Shown here: piece after piece, positions 27,403-35,395 of the stretch | Position numbering within the stretch: the stretch's first letter is position 1 | How the letters are laid out: each line of letters opens with the position of its first letter | Assembly (NCBI GenBank): GCA_009838175.1 | Contig: VXSB01000008.1 | Span: 32,305-96,304 of the forward strand | Direction of reading: 5' to 3' | DNA length: 64,000 nucleotides | From: Chloroflexota bacterium | GTDB taxonomy: Bacteria > Chloroflexota > Dehalococcoidia > Lucifugimonadales > Lucifugimonadaceae | Program-made: the position numbers and the translations under genes | Notes under the pieces: model-generated | Databases searched by the model: none | Seen by the model: only the letters and a program-made list of their open reading frames with translations | Told to the model about the DNA's origin: nothing

Positions 27403-28113
27403 TTGACTTTGTCTGAATACCCTCGCATCCTTCCGGCCAACGATTCGTCAATACTGATCGAGTTCGGCGACTCCATTGATTACTCGATCAACGCGCAGGT
27501 GTACGCTCTGCAAACCGAAATCGAGAATTCTAACTTCGTCGATGCGGTCATAGAGACCATTCCGTCGTACAGATCCTTACTGGTTGAGTATGACGTCGGA
27601 ACGCTAAATTACGGGGATATCCGAGACCAAGTGTCTGTCTTGGTTAAAAGAACGACTGTGATGGAAGCAGCGATCTCCGACCAAGCGTCGGAACTGCATC
27701 AGATTCCCGTAGCTTACGGCGGTGAGTTGGGGCCCGACTTAGAGACAGTCGCTGAGCATGCCGGTCTAGACGTCGAAGAGGTGATCGCGATCCACTCGGG
27801 AACCGACTACCACGTCTTCATGCTGGGTTTCGCTCCTGGATTTCCGTATTTAGGCGGCATGGACGAGCGAATTGCTTGCCCGCGCCTATCGACGCCGCGT
27901 ACGCGCGTACCGGCCGGCTCCGTGGGCATCGCAGAATCGCAAACCGGGGTTTATCCGAACGAGAGCCCCGGGGGATGGCAACTAATCGGACGCACGCCGA
28001 TCGCGCTTTTCGACGTGGATGCCGATCCGCCAGCTGCTATGTTGCCGGGGACTCAGGTCAACTTCGTACCGATATCGCAACAAGAGTACGAAGATAGGGC
28101 CCGGTCCGAGTAA
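27403..28113 (+). CDS. pxpB: 5-oxoprolinase subunit B / KipI family (former allophanate hydrolase subunit 1)
   Basis: 236 aa with a TTG start. Contains ILIEFGD, YHVFMLGFAPGFPYLGG and GSVGIAESQTGVYP. Confidence 0.8.
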   Translation: MTLSEYPRILPANDSSILIEFGDSIDYSINAQVYALQTEIENSNFVDAVIETIPSYRSLLVEYDVGTLNYGDIRDQVSVLVKRTTVMEAAISDQASELHQIPVAYGGELGPDLETVAEHAGLDVEEVIAIHSGTDYHVFMLGFAPGFPYLGGMDERIACPRLSTPRTRVPAGSVGIAESQTGVYPNESPGGWQLIGRTPIALFDVDADPPAAMLPGTQVNFVPISQQEYEDRARSE

Positions 28114-28118
28114 GCGAC

Positions 28119-29252
28119 ATGCTGAGCTCGAAATCAAACGTAGAGGTTCTAACGGCGGGTAGTCGTTTGACTATTCAGGATCTGGGCCGTCGCGGCAGTC
28201 AACGGTTCGGTGTCTCCGTTAGTGGAGTTCTTGATCTACAAGCTGCGGTTCTAGCAAATCGACTCGTAGGCAATCCAGCATCATCGGCTGTGTTCGAGTC
28301 GCTTTTTGGCGGTATGTCGCTTGTCTTTTATGCAGATACCAAGATAGCTATTACTGGAGCTGAGGTCACTGTCGACGTTGACGGACATACCCTACCTATT
28401 TGGGAAACACTGATTGCGCCTGCAAACTCGGTATTGAATATCTCGGTGCCGAGTGCAGGGTTGTACGCCTACGTGGCTGTTGCCGGCGGATTGGATATTC
28501 CCTCAGTATTGGGATCGCGTTCGACTCATGCCGCGTCAGGGATAGGCGGTCTTGATGGGCGTGCATTGGCCTCCGGAGATATTCTGCCTATTGGTGATGA
28601 AACGGACGGGGATGTGAGACCCTCTGCGGGCACGACCTGTCCAGACGTGATGGTGCCAGCGTGTCGTGAAACTGACCAACGAGTTCGAGTCACCGCCGGA
28701 CCTCAGTTCGATGCGTTCGATGATGGTGCGAAATCGAGTTTTTTGGCATCCAACTTCACGATTAGCAATTTGACCGACCGCCAGGGTGCAAGGCTGGATG
28801 GTGCCGAAATCCCGGCTATTGGCGGTAAACACGACATCGTTTCGGATCCGGCGTATATGGGGGCCGTACAAGTACCCGCCGATGGCAAGCCAATCATCCT
28901 CCTAGCCGATAGACAACCGACCGGTGGATACGCCAAGATCGCTTCGGTAATTTCCGCGAACCTTCCCAGCGTCGTACAAAAGGCTCCGGGATCAGACATT
29001 GCATTTGAACTGATCGAAGTCGAACAGGCGCAGGAATTGGCGCGTGAATTTAACAACATCATCCTTGATGCCCCACTCCAACAGCCTTCACACACGTACT
29101 CAACGCACTTCGAGATAGCCGGTGAAACCTACAATGTTCATTTAGTACGGCCCACGAATGTGAGCAACGGTGACGAGATCGTCTACGTAGATTTCGGCGA
29201 CAAAACCGAGATCGTGGCCACCGTCGAGGTGCTAGAGGAATCAAGCCACTAA
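28119..29252 (+). CDS. pxpC: 5-oxoprolinase subunit C / KipA family (former allophanate hydrolase subunit 2) with ~60-aa C-terminal extension
   Basis: 377 aa. Contains LTIQDLGRRG, GVSVSGVLD, PADGKPIILLADRQPTGGYAKI, and an extra tail ...THFEIAGETYNVHLV... Confidence 0.8.
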   Translation: MLSSKSNVEVLTAGSRLTIQDLGRRGSQRFGVSVSGVLDLQAAVLANRLVGNPASSAVFESLFGGMSLVFYADTKIAITGAEVTVDVDGHTLPIWETLIAPANSVLNISVPSAGLYAYVAVAGGLDIPSVLGSRSTHAASGIGGLDGRALASGDILPIGDETDGDVRPSAGTTCPDVMVPACRETDQRVRVTAGPQFDAFDDGAKSSFLASNFTISNLTDRQGARLDGAEIPAIGGKHDIVSDPAYMGAVQVPADGKPIILLADRQPTGGYAKIASVISANLPSVVQKAPGSDIAFELIEVEQAQELAREFNNIILDAPLQQPSHTYSTHFEIAGETYNVHLVRPTNVSNGDEIVYVDFGDKTEIVATVEVLEESSH

Positions 29253-29272
29253 ACGTTTACTCGAGAACGAAG

Positions 29273-29668
29273 TTGGATTTTGGACCGATATACGACGGCC
29301 TGCAGGTCAGTGGCATTGGCATGGGCATGACCTCGGTCGTGCTCATCATTTTGGCGGTCTCAGTCCGATTGATGGCGTTTACAGACGCGTATCTGCGAAA
29401 GAGAGAAGCAACCGCCAAAGAAGCATCAGAGAACGAAACTTCAGATCAACCCGCTTCCGAGCAAATTCTGGTCGACGAGTCTTCAAGCGGACCTGCTCGG
29501 GCCGCAGCAATTGCTGTCGCGATCGCGTTGTCGAGGCGATCTCAAGAGATCCATGTCAGCGGCGAAACGCGAATTGCGGGTAACGCGACGAACTCAACAT
29601 ACGATGCGTGGTTGACCGAAGGTCGTGCCAGACAGCGTGCGAAACAGGGCAGTAGAGGATGGCGATGA
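29273..29668 (+). CDS. OadG-like small membrane subunit of a Na+-translocating decarboxylase
   Basis: 131 aa. A single N-terminal TM helix (GLQVSGIGMGMTSVVLIILAVSVRLMAF) is followed by a charged linker and an AAAIAVAIAL helix, which is the pattern of OadG/MmdD/GcdD. It overlaps the next gene by 10 nt. Confidence 0.6.
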   Translation: MDFGPIYDGLQVSGIGMGMTSVVLIILAVSVRLMAFTDAYLRKREATAKEASENETSDQPASEQILVDESSSGPARAAAIAVAIALSRRSQEIHVSGETRIAGNATNSTYDAWLTEGRARQRAKQGSRGWR

Positions 29669-30111
29669 CCGGTAGGTACCGAATCACCGTTGATGGCGTC
29701 ACATACGAAGTCGAAGTTGGCGATGTCTCCGCGTCACCTGTGACAGTAGTCGTCGATGGCGTCGAATTTGAGATCGAACTACCCGACGATCCTCAATCAC
29801 AACCGACCGTTCAACGACCGCAGCGTTCGGTAACGCGCCCAACACCAAGACGATCCGCTGATCGGGCTCGACCTTCTGCGGTAGCGGCTGCCGACAGCCA
29901 AGACGTAGTTCGCGCGCCGATGCCCGGACGAATCATCAGGGTCAATGTATCGGTCGGTGACAGCGTCCAACGAGGTCAATCGATAGTCGTGCTCGAGTCG
30001 ATGAAGATGGAAAATACGATTGCGGCACCGCGAGATGGGGTTGTATCGCAGGTCCATATCGCGGCTGACGAGTCGGTGCAGCACGGCCAATCGTTGGTGG
30101 AGCTCGAATAA
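29659..30111 (+). CDS. Biotin carboxyl carrier protein (biotinyl/lipoyl domain; MmdC/GcdC/1.3S-like)
   Basis: 150 aa. The N-terminus YRITVDGVTYEVEV is followed by a Pro/Arg-rich linker and a C-terminal biotinyl domain with VLESMKMEN. Confidence 0.85.
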   Translation: MAMTGRYRITVDGVTYEVEVGDVSASPVTVVVDGVEFEIELPDDPQSQPTVQRPQRSVTRPTPRRSADRARPSAVAAADSQDVVRAPMPGRIIRVNVSVGDSVQRGQSIVVLESMKMENTIAAPRDGVVSQVHIAADESVQHGQSLVELE

Positions 30112-30114
30112 ACG

Positions 30115-31320
30115 ATGTCCGGCGAAGGAGTGCTTGATCAGATATTCGCCGGCTTTGAGGCCATCGGCGACGACCCGCGCATCGTAGCGATGTGGGTGAT
30201 TGCCGCTGCTTTGCTCTACGTCGGTATCGCGAAACGCAAAGAACCGCTGCTTCTCGTTCCCATTTCGATGGGGATCCTATTCGCCAATCTTCCGCTTGGA
30301 GAATTCATCCGCGAGGGCGGTGGAGGGGAGCCTACAGGTATTCTACGGACATTTCAGACGGTGGGATTGGAATCGGATATCTTCCCGTTGCTGATCTTCT
30401 TGGGAGTAGGTACTGCGACCGATTTTTCGCCGATGCTTTCCAATCCCAAGACTTTATTGCTGGGTGCTGGAGCACAGGCAGGAGTGTTTTTCGCTCTGGT
30501 TGGCGCACTGATCCTAGGCGCACTTGGTTGGTTCGATTTCGGACTACTCGAAGCTGCTTCGATCGGGATCATCGGAGGTGCAGACGGCCCGACGACGATA
30601 TTCATAGCGACTCGGATGCGGGAGTTAGGAGAGTCACTGCCGCATATTGAAGTGCGCGACATTGTCGGTGCAACCGCGGTAGCGGCATACTCCTACATGG
30701 CATTAGTGCCAATAATTCAACCGCCGTTGATAAAGCTGCTAACGACCAAGAGCGAACGCCAAATCCGCATGGAGTATTCGAGCGAACCGGTTTCACGAAG
30801 ATCGCTCATTCTGTTTCCCATCATCACGACTATCGTAGTGAGTGTATTAGTGCCGTCGGCGTCTCCGCTCATCGGGATGCTCATGCTGGGCAATCTGATC
30901 AAAGTTTCCGGCGTGGTTCCACGACTCGCTGACGTGTCCGAGAATGCATTGATGAACGCCACGATTGTGATTTTGGGTTTGTCGGTCGGTGCCACAATGC
31001 CTGGATCGATCTTCCTGCAACCTGAAACGCTGGGCATATTCGTACTTGGTCTGTTCGCATTCGCAACCGCCACAATCACTGGCATCCTGTTGGCGAAACT
31101 GATGAATTTGGTTTCTAAGAGCAAAGTAAATCCGATGATCGGCGCCGCGGGTGTCTCCGCAGTGCCAATGGCGGCGCGGGTCGTCCAAGACATGGGTCAA
31201 GAGGAGGATCCTGAGAACTTCCTTCTTATGCACGCCATGGGGCCGAACGTCGCTGGTGTGATCGGAACTGCGACTGTCGCGGGCGTCCTGATTGCGGTTG
31301 TGCCATCCTTGATCGGTTGA
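30115..31320 (+). CDS. Na+-translocating decarboxylase beta subunit (OadB/MmdB/GcdB family)
   Basis: 401-aa polytopic protein. Contains GIAKRKEPLLLVPISMGILFANLP, IGIIGGADGPT and AAGVSAVPMAARV, which are typical of OAD_beta as I recall. The start lies 3 nt after the BCCP stop. Confidence 0.8.
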   Translation: MSGEGVLDQIFAGFEAIGDDPRIVAMWVIAAALLYVGIAKRKEPLLLVPISMGILFANLPLGEFIREGGGGEPTGILRTFQTVGLESDIFPLLIFLGVGTATDFSPMLSNPKTLLLGAGAQAGVFFALVGALILGALGWFDFGLLEAASIGIIGGADGPTTIFIATRMRELGESLPHIEVRDIVGATAVAAYSYMALVPIIQPPLIKLLTTKSERQIRMEYSSEPVSRRSLILFPIITTIVVSVLVPSASPLIGMLMLGNLIKVSGVVPRLADVSENALMNATIVILGLSVGATMPGSIFLQPETLGIFVLGLFAFATATITGILLAKLMNLVSKSKVNPMIGAAGVSAVPMAARVVQDMGQEEDPENFLLMHAMGPNVAGVIGTATVAGVLIAVVPSLIG

Positions 31321-31410
31321 TCCTAGGATGCTTCACATTGCCGTTGTGTGTAACATCAATCTCTGTAATCCCATGTGCGGATAGTTCCGCCGATTCCCGG
31401 AGTATCTCCA

Positions 31411-32322
31411 ATGCCTGACCTCACTATGCGGGGTGTATACCCGATACTGTCGACGCCGTTCGATAAACGTGGCAACATCGTGTTCGACGACCTAGAAAAT
31501 CAAGTCGAATGGATCATCAACCAAGGCGTCCACGGCGTCGGAATAGCTATGGCGAGCGAGGTTTTCAAACTTACCGAGAGCGAACGCGACGCAGTCTTGA
31601 GATCCGTCGTTGACACGGCTAAGGGCCGTGTAAAGGTCGTCATGAACACTGGTATGGAAGGCACAGACGCGACGATCGCGTATTCGCAACGAGCAGAAGA
31701 ATTGGGCGCTGACGCGTTGATGATCAGGCCGACTACTTACACACCCACCGTTGCATCGGAACACATCGAATACTTCGTTCGGATTGCCGAATCTGTGGGT
31801 ATACCGATCTTCTTGCAAGACCAAAGCACCGCACCAGTCCCGCCGGGAATGGCGGTAGCATGTGCAAAGCGCCACGAAAACCTTTGCTACATCAAGGTCG
31901 AGACACCGCCGACGATTCCTAGGATGTCAGAGGCACAAAGTCTGATCGGCGATGATGCTGATCTGATTCTGTTTGGCGGCATGGGTGGAGCATTCCTGCT
32001 CGAAGAACTGCGAAGAGGTTCCGTCGGCACGATGCCGGGATCAACCTTGCCTGACAAGTTCGTGGAGGTCTGGGATTTGTGGGAAGCTGGAGACGAGGCA
32101 GGAGCCCTTGACGCTTTCGATCAGTACGCGTCGATTATCCGCTCGTTGGCGCAGGGACAAGGCCTAGCCAACTGGATCTACAAGCACATCATGTGGCGTC
32201 GAGGCATCTTTAGCAAAGAAGGCATCTATGCACGTGGCCCGTCGCTCAGGCCTGACGATGAGCACCTGAAGGAAATCGACGCTCTGTTGGATCGGGTTAG
32301 CTTGCTCGAGGTATCTGGTTAG
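31411..32322 (+). CDS. Dihydrodipicolinate synthase/N-acetylneuraminate lyase family class I aldolase
   Basis: GVYPILSTPF...VHGVGIAMASEVFKLTESER...YIKVE resembles DapA-family enzymes. I prefer the ATG at 31411 within the track ORF 31375..32322. Confidence 0.7.
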   Translation: MPDLTMRGVYPILSTPFDKRGNIVFDDLENQVEWIINQGVHGVGIAMASEVFKLTESERDAVLRSVVDTAKGRVKVVMNTGMEGTDATIAYSQRAEELGADALMIRPTTYTPTVASEHIEYFVRIAESVGIPIFLQDQSTAPVPPGMAVACAKRHENLCYIKVETPPTIPRMSEAQSLIGDDADLILFGGMGGAFLLEELRRGSVGTMPGSTLPDKFVEVWDLWEAGDEAGALDAFDQYASIIRSLAQGQGLANWIYKHIMWRRGIFSKEGIYARGPSLRPDDEHLKEIDALLDRVSLLEVSG

Positions 32323-32495
32323 TCACTCAGGGTTGTTTTTTGGAACATGACGGTCACTCCAAAAAGCCGCTCGACGACGAATTCGGTTCTCGAAATCGCA
32401 TTGGAATGCCCTGTTGAGGTCATTGACTGCAATTGTCGGCGCGCCAGTGCGTCGAATTTAACCAAAACTAAAACTTCCTATCTCCGGGAAACACG

Positions 32496-33341
32496 ATGGA
32501 TTTAATTCTCGGAACCAACACAGACCTCGCGGTCTGGCAGCTTGTCCTGATGAGTGCGATCTCACTCGCTGTAGGGCTGTCCGGTGGTGTCGTCGGGATC
32601 GCGTTGGGAGTCATAAGACTGCCGATGCTGACCCTTTTCGGAGTAGACCCCTTGATCGCCGCTGGCACCAATCTCATGATCAGCGTGATGGGTTCAACAA
32701 TCGGCACACTGGAAGCGTTTTTCGAAAAGCGCGTGGTACCAACTGTCGTGTTCGCCATGGGCGGCCCGGCAATCATCGGCGCATTCGTTGGTGGCTACTT
32801 CGCCGACGTAGTACCGATCTGGATACTTCTCGCAGTCGTGGCCCTGCTGATGGGTTGGTCGGCTCTTTTCCTGATCTTCTGGTCGCTCAGGATCATGCGT
32901 ATACGCCGCCGCTACCCCACCGCGCGCACTCGCCGCGCGATGACAGGCGGTGGTAACGGACAGCTCGAACTCGACGTGAAACAAGCCAGCAGGGAAGGTG
33001 TCGCCGGGTTTGTGATCGGTCTGATCGGCGGTGCGGTGGGATTGGTTTTGGGAGTGTTGCGAATGCCCGCGTTGCTTGCTATGAAGATGGACCCGCATAA
33101 GGCCGCAGGAACGAATTTGGCTATCACGGTGCTAGTCGGAATCTCGGGATTCGTTGGACATCTTCTGAAAGGGGGTGTTGACTGGCACTTGATCGCGATC
33201 GTTGGCATACCTGGTGTATTGGGCATGTACGCCGGAACAAGGTTGGCGAATCGATTTGACGCCGCCGGTCTCCGGCTAGTCGTGGGCATCGTAGTCCTAA
33301 TCGTCGCCCCGGCGGTTCTTTTAAGCGCGTTTCGCAACTAA
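32496..33341 (+). CDS. TauE/SafE (DUF81) family anion exporter/permease
   Basis: 281 aa. Two internally repeated halves have Gly-rich TM helices (GGVVGIALGVIRLPML / GGAVGLVLGVLRMPAL) and AAGTNL motifs. Confidence 0.7.
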   Translation: MDLILGTNTDLAVWQLVLMSAISLAVGLSGGVVGIALGVIRLPMLTLFGVDPLIAAGTNLMISVMGSTIGTLEAFFEKRVVPTVVFAMGGPAIIGAFVGGYFADVVPIWILLAVVALLMGWSALFLIFWSLRIMRIRRRYPTARTRRAMTGGGNGQLELDVKQASREGVAGFVIGLIGGAVGLVLGVLRMPALLAMKMDPHKAAGTNLAITVLVGISGFVGHLLKGGVDWHLIAIVGIPGVLGMYAGTRLANRFDAAGLRLVVGIVVLIVAPAVLLSAFRN

Positions 33342-33377
33342 ACTAACGGCAAACAATCCAACCGGATTCACAGATCG

Positions 33378-34277
33378 ATGTACAGAAACATGTACGAAGC
33401 GATGGAGGTCGAACGACCGTTACAGGTCGCAGGCGTTATCAACGCGTACGCCGCAATCCAAGCAGAAAGAGCAGGATTCAACGCCATCTATCTGTCAGGT
33501 AGCGGCGTTGCGACCGCCTCTTATGGTTTGCCGGATCTGGGGATGACTGGTTTGACCGATGTGCTAGCGGATGTTGAACGCATCAAGTCAGTAAGTGAAT
33601 TGCCATTGTTGGTGGATTGCGACACGGGGTGGGGCGCGGCGCTTTCGATTGCCCGAACCGTTCGAGAGATGGAACGCGCTGGAGTTGCTGCGATCCACAT
33701 TGAGGATCAGGTTCAAGAGAAGCGATGCGGGCACCTGCCTGGCAAAATGGTCGTCGAGATTGAAGAGATGTGCGACCGGATCAAGGCCGCGGTTGATGCG
33801 CGGATCGACAATCAGTTCATGATCATGGCCCGCACTGATGCGCTCGCCACGGATGGGTTGATGGGAACTTTGGACCGTTGTGCTGCCTACGTCGAAGCTG
33901 GCGCTGACGCGATTTTCGCTGAGGCGGTCACTGAATTGGGGCAGTACCAAGAATTCGCTACTCGGATCGGTGTGCCGATTCTTGCAAATCTAACGGAATT
34001 CGGCAGAACGCCGCAGTTCACTGTCGACGAGTTGCGATCAGCCGATGTAGCCATGGCGCTGTACCCTCTGTCTGCCTTCCGTGCAATGAACCGAGTGGCA
34101 GAAGCGGTGTACTCTGAAATCAAGAATGCAGGGACACAGCGCGATGTTGTGCATTTGATGCAGACTCGTGAAGAACTTTACGAGAACATCGGTTACCACG
34201 AATACGAGCAGAAGATAAACGACCTGTTCTTAGTTCGTACACAATCTGGGCGCAGGCAATCGGAACATACGAAATGA
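33378..34277 (+). CDS. prpB: Methylisocitrate lyase (isocitrate lyase/PEP mutase family)
   Basis: 299 aa. Contains LVDCDTGWG, AAIHIEDQVQEKRCGHLPGK and MARTDA. It overlaps prpC by 4 nt. Confidence 0.85.
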   Translation: MYRNMYEAMEVERPLQVAGVINAYAAIQAERAGFNAIYLSGSGVATASYGLPDLGMTGLTDVLADVERIKSVSELPLLVDCDTGWGAALSIARTVREMERAGVAAIHIEDQVQEKRCGHLPGKMVVEIEEMCDRIKAAVDARIDNQFMIMARTDALATDGLMGTLDRCAAYVEAGADAIFAEAVTELGQYQEFATRIGVPILANLTEFGRTPQFTVDELRSADVAMALYPLSAFRAMNRVAEAVYSEIKNAGTQRDVVHLMQTREELYENIGYHEYEQKINDLFLVRTQSGRRQSEHTK

Positions 34278-35395
34278 CCATCACCGCCAAAGGTTTGGCT
34301 GGCGTAATCGTCGGGGAAACCGGAATCTCAACCGTCGGCAAAGCTGGCGCTGGATTGACATATCGCGGCTACAGCATCGAGGACCTAGCCAAGAATGCCA
34401 CCTTCGAGGAGGTGGCATATCTGCTAATTTACGGCAAACTCCCAAACCGCACCGAATTGTGCGCCTACAACGATCGTCTCGCCAAACTTCGCGAACTGCC
34501 TTCCGATGTCTGCGCAATGCTCGAAGCATTGCCGATGTCGACTCACCCGATGGATGTGCTTCGAACTGGTGCGTCTATGATAGGTTCGCTCGAACCCGAA
34601 GGCGAGGACGGCAGAGGCGCACCATACGTGGCTGACCGTTTGATGGCCACCATGACATCAATGCTGGGCTACTGGCATCGATACGCGCATCGGAAACAGC
34701 GGATCGATACTCAGTCGGATGAGATTGGTCTAGCAGCGCATTTCCTACGATTGTTGACCGACCATAAGTCGAACGAATCAGCGCGTCGGACGCTCGACAC
34801 CATCCTTGTTCTTTACGCCGAACACGAATTCAACGCTTCCACATTCACCGGGCGTGTAGTGACCAGCACACTCGCGGATACCTACTCAGCAGTCGTCGCA
34901 GCCATAGGCGCACTACGGGGACCCTTACATGGCGGTGCGAACGAGGCGGCGATGGAGCTGGTAGCGTCATTCGACAACCCGCAACAAGCGGAGAAGTCAA
35001 TCCAACACATGCTTGAGGCGCGACGGTTGATCATGGGCTTTGGGCATCGGGTCTACAAATTCGGAGATCCTAGATCCGACATCGTTAAGGAACTTGCGCG
35101 GACGCTTGCCATCGAGAATGAAGATACGACGTACTTCAACATCTCCGAACGGATTGAGCATGTGATGATGCGTGAGAAAGGGTTGCACCCCAACCTCGAT
35201 TTCTATTCAGCGACCGCGTATCACCTGTGTGGCATACCCACCGTTATGTTTACTCCTTTGTTCGCTATCAGCCGCACGTCGGGTTGGGTTGCGCATGTGA
35301 TCGAACAACGAGACGACAATCGACTGATCCGTCCAAACGCCGACTACACGGGCCCGCCAGCACGAAAATACGTCGAGTTGCAAGACAGACAATGA
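34274..35395 (+). CDS. prpC: 2-methylcitrate synthase / citrate synthase family
   Basis: 373 aa. Contains LYAEHEFNAST, GPLHGGANE and GFGHRVYK. It lies between prpB and prpD. Confidence 0.85.
   Translation: MTITAKGLAGVIVGETGISTVGKAGAGLTYRGYSIEDLAKNATFEEVAYLLIYGKLPNRTELCAYNDRLAKLRELPSDVCAMLEALPMSTHPMDVLRTGASMIGSLEPEGEDGRGAPYVADRLMATMTSMLGYWHRYAHRKQRIDTQSDEIGLAAHFLRLLTDHKSNESARRTLDTILVLYAEHEFNASTFTGRVVTSTLADTYSAVVAAIGALRGPLHGGANEAAMELVASFDNPQQAEKSIQHMLEARRLIMGFGHRVYKFGDPRSDIVKELARTLAIENEDTTYFNISERIEHVMMREKGLHPNLDFYSATAYHLCGIPTVMFTPLFAISRTSGWVAHVIEQRDDNRLIRPNADYTGPPARKYVELQDRQ

Noticed and set aside
32347-32505. 52-codon plus-strand ORF (MTVTPKSRS...ECPVEVIDCNC...) upstream of and overlapping the TauE-like gene.
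   Set aside because: It has no RBS. It overlaps the TauE start in another frame, and nothing recognisable is present beyond three Cys residues. I treat it as chance.
35227-35391. Upstream extension of the prpD ORF (track start 35227).
   Set aside because: It lies entirely inside prpC in another frame. The ATG at 35392 gives the ATGA coupling and a typical PrpD N-terminus.
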